64,000 nucleotides of DNA from Adineta vaga (lineage: Eukaryota > Animalia > Rotifera): positions 19,468,001 to 19,532,000 of the forward strand of contig CP075492.1 in assembly GCA_021613535.1 (NCBI GenBank), given 5' to 3'. The notes below the pieces were generated by a model. The model was given only the letters and a program-made list of their open reading frames with translations, did no database searches and was not told the DNA's origin. Position numbers and translations under genes: made by a program. The first letter of the stretch is position 1. The number at the start of each line of letters is the position of its first letter. Below, piece after piece: positions 52,628 through 64,000 of the stretch.

Positions 52628-53815
52628 GTACCTCTCTTTGATTCACGTGGCCTAGATGGAGCTACTCCGTGACAGTCGTTGATTACGTGCAATGGCTCGT
52701 AAAAGGATCAATCGGCTTTGAAATCGTCAGTTTCAATAAAAGTCACTATAGGTAGTATCAAAGCAATGGCTCTATGAAGCGTACAAAGCCACTTCGGCAC
52801 AATATTATTTTCTGTCTACAAGGATTATGCTTACAATCTTGTTTAGTGTTCTAAAGAACCCTATTAATCTTGCTTAGCAATCAATAGATTAGATATACAA
52901 ATTCGTCACTATTTTCTTCCCTGCACACACCCTAGTCCTTATTAAATGAGCAATAGGAAAAGGAGCGAAACGACAGCATCTTGGAAAACATACCTTCATC
53001 ATCTTTATCTTCATTGCCTTCATTTCTTTTACCGTCATACTCTGGAAACATAAGGAAAACTAAGCATGATAGTCCGGGCGTTCTCTTTCAAAATATGTTC
53101 TTCGTTCTGTACGGGTGGATCCATGGGGAGCCAGCCGCTTTTTGAAATTTTTTGTGAGCGGTCCTACTACGTGAAAACAGTTGAACATGACCGAAAAACT
53201 TTTTGTTTCGTAGAACTGGCTGATCATTTTAGCAAAGAAATTCGATTTCTGAAGCCATATCTCGAAAAACGGTGCCATACGATCGAATCATGCAGATACG
53301 TGTGTGAAACATCGCGCCAGCTACATGGAAGGAGATTTTTCGTGCAATATCACCCCGTGGCCGATAAATTCGACTATAGGGAACGGCTCTCTCAATGTAA
53401 ACAAGTACCCTTTTTGATGAAAAATGCGATATTGGAGTCTTTTTGCGCTCAAACAAAAAAGTTGTCGAGAAAAGAACTTTGTATACCGATTGCGATCTGA
53501 TCTTGCCGTTTTACTTGCTATAAGTGTCGTTGAGCATCGGCCTATGTCATGTTTCACGTTTTCTTATCGCTCACTCATCCTTTAGGGCACACTGGATCCT
53601 CCCTAGCCTTTCTAATCATACAGGTTTGATTCTCATCTCATCAGAACGTGTTCCAGCTGTCAAAGTGAAGTATTCTGGCTCAGTTTCTGATTTTTGGCTG
53701 AGCATAATCAACACAGCATCGTCTGAGAGAAGCCCGTAAGACTAAGGTTTCGTGCAACGAAAGCACCTATGCAGTCAGTTGGCAATCTCTCTCGTAGTGT
53801 TAACTCTACTAGGCT

Positions 53816-54181
53816 CATGAGCTGCCTAGTCCGAGTTATAATATAAATGAAGATTCAGCCGCTTGTTGTAACTTCGAAAATAAATCAACTAAACGAAAAC
53901 TAAAACTTTAGTATGTAATAGGACTACTTGTAAGTTTGTTTTGATACATTTATAGTTCATTTATATGCTCTCCTGTAGATTTAGGAATTGTTAGGAATAG
54001 ATAGGAATAGATTTGTTTTAGTCTTACTTAATTATAACTCACAAATAAAGGTGCATCTATGTATAAATATGAATTATAGGTATAAATAAGTAAAACTATC
54101 TCTTCCTCCAGCGCCATTTTTGTGCTCAAATATATTTTTGAAATCTCCATTTATATTATAACTCGAATTAGGCAGCTACTC
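53816..54181. mobile_element. hAT-type MITE with an 8-bp TSD
   Basis: ACTAGGCT duplicated at 53808-53815 and 54182-54189. ~40-bp imperfect TIRs: AGCTGCCTAGTCCGAGTTATAATATAAATG / CATTTATATTATAACTCGAATTAGGCAGCT. Confidence 0.85.
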
Positions 54182-55071
54182 ACTAGGCTACACGATTTCC
54201 GAACGTGGAGTTTTTCCTTAAGTCGATCGAAAGAGTTCTGAAGTATCATGTTATGCTCTGACAGGCTTGACTAGGTGTGGTTTTAGGAAAACGCGAAGGA
54301 TGAATTCGTTTTTAGGGACCGGAAAAAGAGAGCTTGAATCAAAACTTGTCGTCAAAGCCCTTTTCTCAGTCAATTTTTTCAGTTAAGTTCAAAAAGGCCT
54401 AAAACTCATGATTTTCACCTAAACATGCTACTTTGTCTCATGGAGAGGCGTTCCATACAGTCGACTGTGTCCGCAACGAGGTGCTATTACACAAAAAGTA
54501 TTTTCTATGCAGTCGGTGACGTGTTTACCTCACCTGTCTGCATGATTCTATCGTGTACTCCCATATCTCGAAATATAGCTCCAAAAGCCGAATGGTTCCA
54601 CCAGAAAGACTATTCAATTTTATGACCAAAAATGTTTTCAGTGATGTTGCGTCATTTCCGCACAGCAGGATTGCTTAGGAAAAAAATTTCCAAAAATGTG
54701 GTTGGCTCTGCATGGATCCACTCTAAGATTCCATTGTTTTCCTTAGCAAATTCTCGTTTTTTTGAAGGCTCAGAATACTAGCCAAAGCAAGTGATGCTGC
54801 TAGATGCCACTTGAAAACCAATCGGATTTCATTATGGGTAACATAAGCTTGTAACTAAAAGTTTTCGGCTTATGTCTCAACTGTTCGCCACCTCACTGAT
54901 TACACACATACGGCCTGCTAGAGTAAAAAATGCTCTACGAAACGCACCGAACTGTGAAAAAGAGTCCTTGGATATTTTTAACACTCTGCAACATTCTTTC
55001 CGTTCTCTCTTCTATGAAAATTGTTTGCAGTGTAAAATCATCTTCCAGGTCACCGAATACTTTATATTCGA

Positions 55072-56120
55072 TCAAGAAACCTTACCTTGCGACCATCGTC
55101 GAATAGCATCAGCACCGTTTGTGTTGACTTCAGCAACACCTTCCGAAGTCAGAATTTCACAGGTTGAGGACAGGACGATCAAACATGGTATTCCTGTGAC
55201 GTTGAATTTCTCGCGGAGTGTACGTTCGCGGGTTCGATCTGCCAACAGAGAGCACATAAACAACGTTCATCGATTCGAAAGAAAGAAAAGCATAGCGGAG
55301 TAGCCGTAACGTCATGTCGCTTCTGACTCTCAAAAACGATTGCTGTCTTATTTTCATAGACTACGCTGAATCGTCCCGCACGATTAGATATTAAACTCGA
55401 ACAAAACTGCCGAGCTGTGAACCAGGAGTGTTCCCCATTGATTGAAGAGAAAAAAACTCGTCTGCTCTGAGTGCCAGAATTTGATGGGGTCAGACGATAT
55501 TCGTCTGGATATCATAGACGAAATGAAAACTTGCAGAGGACTGGTGTCTCTTTAGAAAGTATGCTCTTTTCGTTTCGCCGCATCTCAGAGAGGAGGAAAA
55601 TGGAATGAAAAAACTTCTTCGTTGTAACGATAACAGCTGTGTATCGAAGTTATTCCTGAAATACATCATATCACTACAAGCAAAAATGATCCATATGAAT
55701 GAAAGAAAAAAACCATCTCAACTGTGAGTGACATCTTAGTTCTTCACGACAGGAAGATTGGCCTACCCGAGAATGGCAATGCTTTCCATGGCATTTCTTG
55801 GTAATAGTGGTCAAAAGCGTTTTGGTCTCTGTCCCAGGACAGGAATACAATGTCAAACTTGTCTTTCACGTTGTTGTAAATGCTCTTGAACGCTTCAACC
55901 AATTTTGGTGTGAAAGAACGAGAAGGTGGACACCAGTGGCCACTAGAAAAGGAATTTATCAATCAGTATGATAAGAGTAAACTTACGAGAAATAGAGACC
56001 GATTATCTTGCCATGGAGTCGACTCGTGGCTATGTAGTTGTTGGTTCCGGCGCTTTCATCAGTACTGTGCTGGAGTAATTGCTCACCGAGCAACTGGACC
56101 AATGGTATATTTGATGTCAT
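55072..56120 (-). CDS. Nucleoredoxin/tryparedoxin-like thioredoxin domain protein with a WCPPS active site; possibly 3'-truncated
   Basis: MTSNIPLVQLLGEQLL...LHGKIIGLYFS|GHWCPPSRSFTPKL...DIVFLSWDRDQNAFDHYYQEMPWKALPFS|DR...KFNVTGIPCLIVL...ILTSEG. Three GT-AG-joined exons; a further donor at ~55086 has no downstream exon I could find. Confidence 0.8.
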
Positions 56121-56386
56121 GTATTGCTTGACTGCTAGTTATTTGGCGTACTACGACGCTGCTTGAAGAGGAACTGCTAAGGATCGTATTCCAAAAGCTC
56201 TTTGATCAAAAATATGACGAATCTAGAATATTTCTCTTCTGAAATGTATAAAAAATTGCAGGTTTGAGAAAAACGGCCAATGTGAAATCTTCAATTCCTA
56301 CCCATATTAGTGCAAAATGTTGTGTGGCATGCAACAAAATGAATTAAAGTACAAATGTCTCTCAATAAATAATTTCACTAGCTCTC

Positions 56387-56705
56387 ATGACAAAACTAGA
56401 GAATGAAATTCTGCATCGAATTGTACAGGGTATGACAAAACTAAACGGCCCCCTCGTATGTACAAACAAAAAGATTCATATTGTAAGCGCACAACTCGAA
56501 TTTCTTCTGAAGAACAATGACAAATCAATCAAACTAAAAACGTTTGAACAAATTCTTCGTGGTTCATCATTTTTATCTTCGTTGAGTCTTATTGCTGTCA
56601 ATGATGTTGCACAAGATTTTGTCTTATGCAAGAAATGTCGACCAATCATCGTCTATAGGACTACAGCTGGAACTGGTGGTTTACAAAAACATTAAGCACC
56701 TTGTG
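56387..56705 (+). pseudogene. BED zinc-finger fragment of a hAT-like transposase
   Basis: FVLCKKCRPIIVYRTTAGTGGLQKH*APC matches CxxC...GT..L.xH...C, with an in-frame stop. Confidence 0.55.
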
Positions 56706-57311
56706 GAAAAGGTACATCATCATTAAATACAACATAATCATCTCTCACAACTAGCATTGCTTTTTTGAAATTTCAATTGAGATTAATACTAAATATGAAC
56801 CCAGGGTACTTCCATAGTATAGTATATGAGAACCCAAGGGTATCTCTTTAAATCGAGAAGTACAAGTCAGATCTGACAGGAAGACACTGAAAACCAAACG
56901 GAAATCGCAAGTAGGATTTCTCTGAACTGATTCGGTGATGCAATTGCTCTGGTTCCTTTCGGAATCAGTCTGAACCTCTCAAAGCTAGCAACCGGACACA
57001 GTCATCGGGTTCGGGCCAGAAACGGTTCGTTTCCTGCAAGTTTTCACCGAAAAGTCACAGACTACTGCTTTCGAAATGATCGACCTGAGTCGAGAAAAAG
57101 ATTTCATGATGATGAACTCTTGTGGACTTTGGGTAATCTTGTTGAGTCCTACTTGTGAACTGAATACGAAGTTGACCAGTTAATCGAGTTTTGAAACTGT
57201 CACTTGCGAGTGCTCTCATGCTACATACCTCGAGATATGAATCTTCAACTCACAAAAGAAAACTATCATTTATTCTCGTTACAGATTCATATTCGACTGA
57301 GACTCCTTTAA

Positions 57312-57801
57312 CCCTTTGGGTCCCGGCGACGTATATTTACGTCCAGGTGGAATTACAGAATAATGGTGCTCATAATATATTCTTTAACCGTTTAGAACAC
57401 CCTTTTACCTTTTATAAGGTGATGGTAGACAAGCACTATCCTTCTTTGTTACCTTCAGGCTTGTTAGTATTATGCAACTATGTCGTATAGGCTTTTTTCG
57501 TTCTATATATTGACACTGGTGTTCGATTTGAGATAATTAGAGAAATTTCTCCAAGTAAGAATCATAAAAATCAACTGTTTTTGAAAACCAGCAACAGGAG
57601 ACTTTATTCTTTTTCTGACTGTTCATCATTTTCCTTCGATTATTCCGCAAAAATCTCAAGCAAAGTAGACTCAAAGACTATCATGAAAAGATAAACTACT
57701 AATAGGTTTTTGACGCAAGAATACTTTTCTTCCTAAAGAAATAGACATATGTTTTATAGAGAAAGTCCGATTTTTGCGAAAAAAAGCCGGCACTGAAAGG
57801 G
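57312..57801. mobile_element. Non-autonomous piggyBac (MITE)
   Basis: TTAA|CCCTTTGGGTCCCGGC ... GCCGGCACTGAAAGGG|TTAA: imperfect 16-bp TIRs and TTAA TSD. Confidence 0.75.
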
Positions 57802-57827
57802 TTAATACGGTTTATTTGTTAAATGTA

Positions 57828-58390
57828 CAGGGTGTCGCAAAAGTCACTTTACCGAGAAACAAGTCAATATTTCCAGCAAAGCTTGAAGTCAAAGAGCTGA
57901 TTTTGTGACCAGTAATAGGCGTGTATTCACACTTTAATACGGCACTAAAATACTTGAGGCAACTCTTTGTTGACCACCGCAACTGGCCTTAACAAGGAAA
58001 ATATCACTTTTTCACAGATAGGGAAAAACTCGACATAACGAGTAATTCAAAAGTCGTTCTGCAGACAAAAATTGAACTTTTCGCCTGCAGCCCAAAAAAA
58101 CAGGATGATTTTTTAATCAATGAAAAAGAGACGTTAACGTTCGTACTTGAAGAAGATATGTCTAAACAAACTGTTCATTAAGTATACGAACTTTCCCTAT
58201 CTGTGAAAAAGTGATATTTTCCTTGTTAAGGCCAGTTGTGGTGACCAACAAAGAGTTGCCTCAAGTATTCTAGTGCCGTATTAAAGTGTGAATACACGCC
58301 TATTACTGGTCACAAAATCAGCTCTTTGACTTCAAGCTTTGCTGGAAATATTGACTTGTTTCTCGGTAAAGTGACTTTTGCGACACCCTG
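57828..58390. mobile_element. Tc1/mariner-type MITE with ~200-bp near-perfect TIRs
   Basis: TA|CAGGGTGTCGCAAAAGTCAC... and ...GTGACTTTTGCGACACCCTG|TA. Arms at ~57828-58027 and ~58192-58390 differ by only a few mismatches. Confidence 0.93.
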
Positions 58391-58891
58391 TACACATCTC
58401 ACTTACCGTGCTTCCAAAACAACTGATTGCAAAACCGTATCTTCAATGGAGCAGAGAGGAGCGATTATAGAGTGTTCTAGTGTAATGAAGACTAAACGAA
58501 AGATTGCAGCGTGTTTATATACAGGATTGCAGAAAAACAAAACTGTTGTGAGGCTTTTACGAGTTGCATTGGTGTTGACAGAAAAATCAATTAGAGGAGA
58601 AAAACACTGGAATAAACGGTATGAGTTCGCTTCGCCGAATAACGTCTCGTCGACAACAATTTTCCGAAACGAAAGACGTCGCAAGAGTGACGATGAATGG
58701 GAAAAAGTCTCTCGTTGAAATCTTTTTCGGCGAAGGGAACACAAGCGAATGTACAATGGTTTGCGTGTGCGTGTGAGTTAGATGTTGTTACCTTCAAAAG
58801 CGTACACAGAAAAACACGATGAAAACAAAACGAATTTCAATGTAGTGTAGCAAATGAAAATAAAATGGCCTTCAGATCCATTGAACCACTG

Positions 58892-59108
58892 CGATGAAAC
58901 AAATTCTCAGAGAATAATAAACCTTCAAAAAGGGTTTATCAAGAGAGGATCAACCCGTAGGTTCATCAGTTTGCAACGGATAATAAACGCTTCTTCGGTT
59001 TTTCAAGAGAAAAGGATTCATCAAAGGGTAGAACAAGTTGATGAACTAACTTTTCAGTTGTAGACCCTTTTTGAGGGTTCATTATTCTTCGAAATCTTGT
59101 TTCATTGT
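58892..59108. repeat. Degenerate inverted repeat (old MITE)
   Basis: ATGAAACAA...AGAATAATAAACCTTCAAAAAGGGTTTA versus TAGACCCTTTTTGAGGGTTCATTATTCT...TTGTTTCAT. Confidence 0.6.
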
Positions 59109-59167
59109 GTCTAGCTTCAGCATGGACATCGCTGCTTGGCGAGCTTTGCGCCGGTGAAAAGTCCGAA

Positions 59168-59283
59168 GGGTGAATGTGGGAGAGCGTGTGGGTGTGGGTG
59201 TGAGGCGGTGAATGTGAGTGTTGATTTTCTATCCCTCCACACCCACACCCTCACCCACACCCAAACCCACACCCTCAAGATGG
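59168..59283. repeat. Telomeric-repeat fold-back ending in CACCCTCAAGATGG
   Basis: G-rich arm ~59168-59220, spacer ttgattttctatccct, then C-rich arm CCACACCCACACCCTCACCCACACCCAAACCCACACCCTCAAGATGG. Confidence 0.85.
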
Positions 59284-59830
59284 TTCTTTCTTTCCTCATC
59301 AGTTTTGTTGATTTGTTTGTGCTTTTTAAGTTAACGTCCTTCAGTCTCCCTGTTTTCATACGAACACATACACAAAATAGTGGCAACTTTTTTTCTCCAC
59401 ACTATTTATTTACCACAATCAAGGTCATCAATGTTAGTAAATCTCTTTTCTTTCATTTCTTTTCTAGATTCAATTTCTTCATATGCGCTGTTGAATTTGC
59501 CAGAAGCCTCACAAAAGCAGTTTTCTCATCCTATACATAGACAGTGGCTGAAAATTTTCTTTGGTCTTCACTATAATATGTTAATATAATGGTTAACGGT
59601 TTTTGTTAACGTTCATATTAACGTTAACGATTTCTAGTTAACCGTTAATTCGGGGTTAGTTAACTCATTAACGTATAGAAAATAATCATTTATCATTTAA
59701 CTTTGAGTTTTTTTCATGGGAAAGTCGACGTTCACACAACAGTTGTGTTCATCATGCAGACTAGAATAGGTATAGACCAGTGCCAGTTAACTGGGTACCA
59801 GTCGGTTTTGGGTGGCGCAATCCCACTAGG

Positions 59831-60729
59831 TGCTAGATGTGTGACAGTTCTCGATCTCAGAACTGAAATCAAACTCATACCACAAGAAATCGCCTAGACC
59901 GAAAAAGATGACATCCACGGATGTATTGGCATTGCTTAGCGTTCTACAGTTCACCCCCTTATTGACTCCAGTATGGCCGGAGCAAGGTTTTGTTAGAGTA
60001 ATATGAAAGAGGATCTCCAATAACTGCATGGTTGACCCGAAGACTCATACTAGCTGCCCTAAAAATAACAGAAAAACTGCTACTAAAATCTGATTGGCTC
60101 GCTTATCAACCAATAGGATCTGAGCAGCGCCGTTTTGTTTCTTTCTTCACGACAGAACATAGTGTTCGTCGGCCATAACAAAGAGAACACTTTAGGACCT
60201 CGTAATCACCCCGACAAACTAAATGCTTCGTCCTAACAATAAGTTAAAAGTAGCCTGCTCAAATCAGATTCGTCAATCTACATAAATCAAGCAGATCTCA
60301 TCACGCTGCTTTTCTCTTATTAGCAGGACAAAACATAGTGTTAGTCGGGCCGATTATGGGGCTATGAGAGGTCCTCTTTCATATGGCCCGACGAACACTG
60401 TGTTCTGTCGTGAAGAAAGAAACAAAACAGTGCTGCTCAGATCCTATTGGTTGATAAGCGAGCCAATCAGATTTTAGTAGCAGTTTTTCTGTTATTTTTA
60501 GGGCAGCTAGTATGAGTCTTCGGGTCAACCATGCAGTTATTGGAGATCCTCTTTCATATTACTCTAACAAAGCCTTGCTCCGTCCATACTGCAGTCAATA
60601 AAGGGGTGAACTGTAGAACGCTAAGCAATGCCAATACATCCGTGGATGTCATCTTTTTCGGTCTAGGCGATTTCTTGTGGTATGAATTTGATTTCAGTTC
60701 TGAGATCGAGAACTGTCACACATCTGGCA
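59831..60729. mobile_element. Foldback element with ~345-bp near-identical inverted arms
   Basis: 59831-~60177 is the reverse complement of ~60383-60729, which explains the mirror ORFs 59826..60029(-) and 60531..60743(+). Flanked on both sides by GTTAAC/ACCGTTAA repeats. Confidence 0.9.
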
Positions 60730-61090
60730 TTGGGCATCCCTAAGTTCAGGTGATTTCAGCGTTTGAAATCAGTTTGTTCCCCTTTGAGGGCAATCGTTAA
60801 CCGTTAATATAAACGGTTAACGTACCACGTCTAATGTAAGTAATGTTGCTACATTTGACAAGTAAATCGCATTGAACGAGTCTAAATCTAAAGATAACTT
60901 TCCAACGAAATTGCAACGTTCAATTTTTCAGAATATAATGCATTCTGGCCTAGTCAGTTGTAATTTTTCTAATTCAGAAATTGAAAAGAATATGAATAAA
61001 GACATATTTGATATTTATCTTTATGTGTTTTAGTTCGATTTTATTTTGACTTTGAAAACTTATTTGTATTTTATCGATCAATTCGGGAAA

Positions 61091-62380
61091 ATGGCAGCAA
61101 ATGACAGAAATAGTCCTATAATTAAAGAAACTGACAAAGAGCAGTTTCAAACGTAGGAGTTAACAATCCTTAATAATATAATAAATTCATATATACATAT
61201 TTAGTGTGGAGCAAACTGAAGCTCGTATGTCAAGTACGAATGCTAAAAACAACCATACGCCATATGATGCAGTTCATCCAAACCATTATTATAATGACAA
61301 TGTTACTAATGATATTTATCAAAATAATCATTCGTCATCTCAGGATATAGGAAAAGCTAATGACTTTATTGATAATGTGGTAGTTTATACAAAGACTCCA
61401 GAAGAAACGAACGAATATCTTAACAAAATAGTCAAAGATATTCATCCGATTTCTGAGTCACAAGTTATTCGAGAAGTAATGCCTCAAAGTGAAGCAATAA
61501 ATCATCAATTAATTTCTATTCGATTTTTGAAACCACCAGATCTTCCACCACCAGGAGTAAGAGAACACATGTATATGTTTATAAATGCATTTTTATGAAT
61601 ACTTATCTGATGGTTCTAGCCACTCATTATTAAAGAAGTGTGTGCACCACAACCTCCGACACCTCCACCAATTATCATACATGAATATCCATCACCTCCT
61701 CCTACACCACCTCCACTTATCTTACGGGAACGACCACCAACACCACCCACACCTATTCCCACTGAAACAGGTTTAAATAAAAAAATATTAAATATTTTCA
61801 ATTACGTCGATTACATTTGTCTATATATTTTAGTTACTCATTATTTACCTCGTCCTACACGTCCTCGACCACGATCAGTTATCATCTATCGTTATCCACC
61901 TCTTCCAGAAAAACAACGTAAAAGACCTATTTTTAGTTTTCTTTTCAATTATTATTTGTGTTATTTAGGTAAAACTATTATTGAACGATGGATTCCCTAT
62001 GAACCGCAACCTGAACGTCAAGTAATTGTATGTTCGGCGGATGCTCCTTCGCCTATTAAATATCCACAACCATATTATAAAACTAATCCATATGAAACTT
62101 TTGACGCACGTATAGCAAAACGCTTTGAAAAACTTGTTGGTCGAGATTATCTTGCCCATTATAAAGCTCGTTATGGGTCATCATTCCTAGTTCCAACAAC
62201 ACCTCATCAACGAGATCGTGATGCTGACCTTTTTGAAAATGTAATATATAATCTTTTATTCAAAAAATCTTTCAAAATACATACTATTTTTAATTATTTT
62301 ATTTTAGTCTCGTTCTATATCATCATTTTCAGGATACTGTCAGTGTTCATGCAGAAGTCTCGACTATCATCGACGAAATG
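61091..62380 (+). CDS. Proline-rich repeat protein, paralog of 49143-51588
   Basis: MAANDRNSP...|...IRFLKPPDLPPPG|PLIIKEVCAPQPPTPPP...LILRERPPTPP|VTHYLPRP..PRSVIIYRYP|IIERWIPYEP...YKARYGSS. Same intron positions as the paralog. Confidence 0.8.
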
Positions 62381-63115
62381 AATTCATCAATAGCGATGAT
62401 CGTTATAAAAGAATATTCTATTGATTTTCTTCTCTGTTGAGGAAGGTTGATTGAATTAAGTCTATTGATTTGATAACAAGAAGAAAAATACTTTTTTTTT
62501 CGTTTGTAAAATAATAAATTTACTCTTATCCTGACTATTTTCTCAATATGAAGTGAGCCTTATTTCCTGCGACCATCAAAACAACTTGAAATGAAAAGAT
62601 TGAATGAGAAATCTATTTAAAAAAAAAAGCAACGCTCGCCAAGTGGACCCGCTTGACCCTCGACTGAGTGTCGATCTAAGTATCATTTGTTATCTATAAT
62701 TACATCCTGACTTGAAAACTTTTCCTAATTTCAATAGATACACATATTTAGGGTATACCAAAAGTTGGTGTCCCGATGTTTAAGATTTTATAGAAAAGTA
62801 GATATTGAATATTTTCAGTGAAATGTCTCATCTTTATGAATCTATAGAGCTGCTCTACTTGAAAAACAAACAAAAATATCACATTGGCATACATTTCTGA
62901 GTCATTTTTCTAACAACATAATCACATGCTACTGAACGAAAAAAATTGTATACATACCATGCTTTTTTCTATGCATCATAATTGAATACAAATCTTCGTC
63001 ACTAAATTTCTGATCAAAAATATATTAAACGTATCAAGTACGCGAGAGTTTAGGGGGAAAATATGTGATCTCTTTGACATCCACTTACCTTTATGTTCTC
63101 TTTTCAGGTAAAAAC

Positions 63116-63786
63116 ATGCAAATCATTAATATCTCGTATTTATTCATTTTACTCCATTATTATACAATAATTGATGTAACAAATGCCTTTCCATGTGACC
63201 GAAAAGTCTCCCTAATAAATATAGATCAACAGAACCAACCACCAACTACAAATGATAAAAGACTAATCACGTACAGACAGAATCAAGAAATTCCATTTAA
63301 ATATCAATCTGCACAAAACATCGATCAAAAAGAAATGTTGATGGAGGAAGAAATGATCTGAAAGCATTCCAAAACACGATAAATGATAATCGAAGCATGA
63401 TTGAGTACCTCATCAACAACTCAATCAGTCATTCGGTTATAACAGATGCTCTACTGAATCATTCAAGCCGAACCCCTTCATTCACTAACTGGAGAGATAT
63501 AGTAGATGTGCTCTGTATAACAACGTTCATATCCATCATTCTGTACATCATCTTCTGTAAAGTTGGACTACCCCCGTGCGATCAACTTCTTCTTTACATC
63601 CTTTGGCCACTCCTTCCAAGAACTGAAATTAAAAGTTCGACACATAACGACCAAAGCATATCAAAAGGCATCCACACGAAAACAACACCAATCCATACAT
63701 TGGTACTATCAGCAGCGTCAACAATTGATAATCAAATATTCAAGCTAGACAATATAGCCCAAAACACCCTTTTTATCATAAAGTGA
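63116..63786 (+). pseudogene. Intronless signal peptide + TM ORF with a frameshift, possibly retroelement cargo
   Basis: Hydrophobic N-terminus (YLFILLHYYTII), a frame break near 63360, then TM VLCITTFISIILYIIFC. A/C-rich strand bias like the neighbouring retroelement ORFs. Confidence 0.35.
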
Positions 63787-64000
63787 TAGCGACCATCGAT
63801 GAGAATTCATCAGAAACCTATCACTTTCTCATGAAGACCAAATACAGCTCTCTTTTCCTTCTATGAGTAATAAAAACGTGCGTTTCACAAATACTTTCTT
63901 TCTTTCTTCCAACAAAACTTTCACTGAAACATAAGCACAAGAGAATACTCTACCACATATCTGCACGTACACAACTATATTCTTCTAACCATACTATCAT

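Noticed and set aside
53060-53739. Overlapping 70-144 aa ORFs
   Set aside because: No recognisable motifs or splice pattern; probably the non-coding interior of a DNA element.
22786-57801. Giant piggyBac bounded by 22786 and 57801
   Set aside because: The right end already pairs with a TTAA-flanked left end at 57312, and the 22786 end has TTAT rather than TTAA.
59117-59540. ORFs with VWVWV or HTHT repeats
   Set aside because: Translations of telomeric-type repeats, not proteins.
59826-60743. Two near-identical 67-70 aa ORFs on opposite strands
   Set aside because: By-product of the foldback arms; no protein features.

Overview
AT-rich, intron-dense eukaryotic DNA, most consistent with a bdelloid rotifer. 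Introns are ~55-65 bp, interstitial (TGTGGG)n telomere-type repeats occur throughout, and the retroelement cargo is bdelloid-like; the taxon is my inference. Host genes: histidyl-tRNA synthetase (10.7-15.3 kb) followed in tandem by histidine ammonia-lyase (17.8-22.1 kb), a JmjN/JmjC-RRM gene lacking the iron ligands, an F-box/LRR gene with one LRR per exon, a nucleoredoxin-like gene with WCPPS, and two divergently oriented proline-rich paralogs, one apparently extended by an EF-hand region. From ~34 to 49 kb there is a transposon pile-up: a 5'-truncated LINE, an intact piggyBac (TTAA TSD, perfect 13-bp TIRs), the 3' half of a Ty3/Gypsy element carrying a DEDDy exonuclease ORF, an env-like remnant, a USP-like protease pseudogene, and Penelope-like remnants with three minimal hammerhead ribozyme motifs. 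Several MITEs/foldbacks and a tRNA-like Pol III unit lie at 52-61 kb. The most unusual signal is a dispersed family of short fold-backs made of telomeric-repeat arms. A fixed CACCCTCAAGA junction caps some of them and also follows two of the hammerheads. All calls were made by eye; exon boundaries are approximate.
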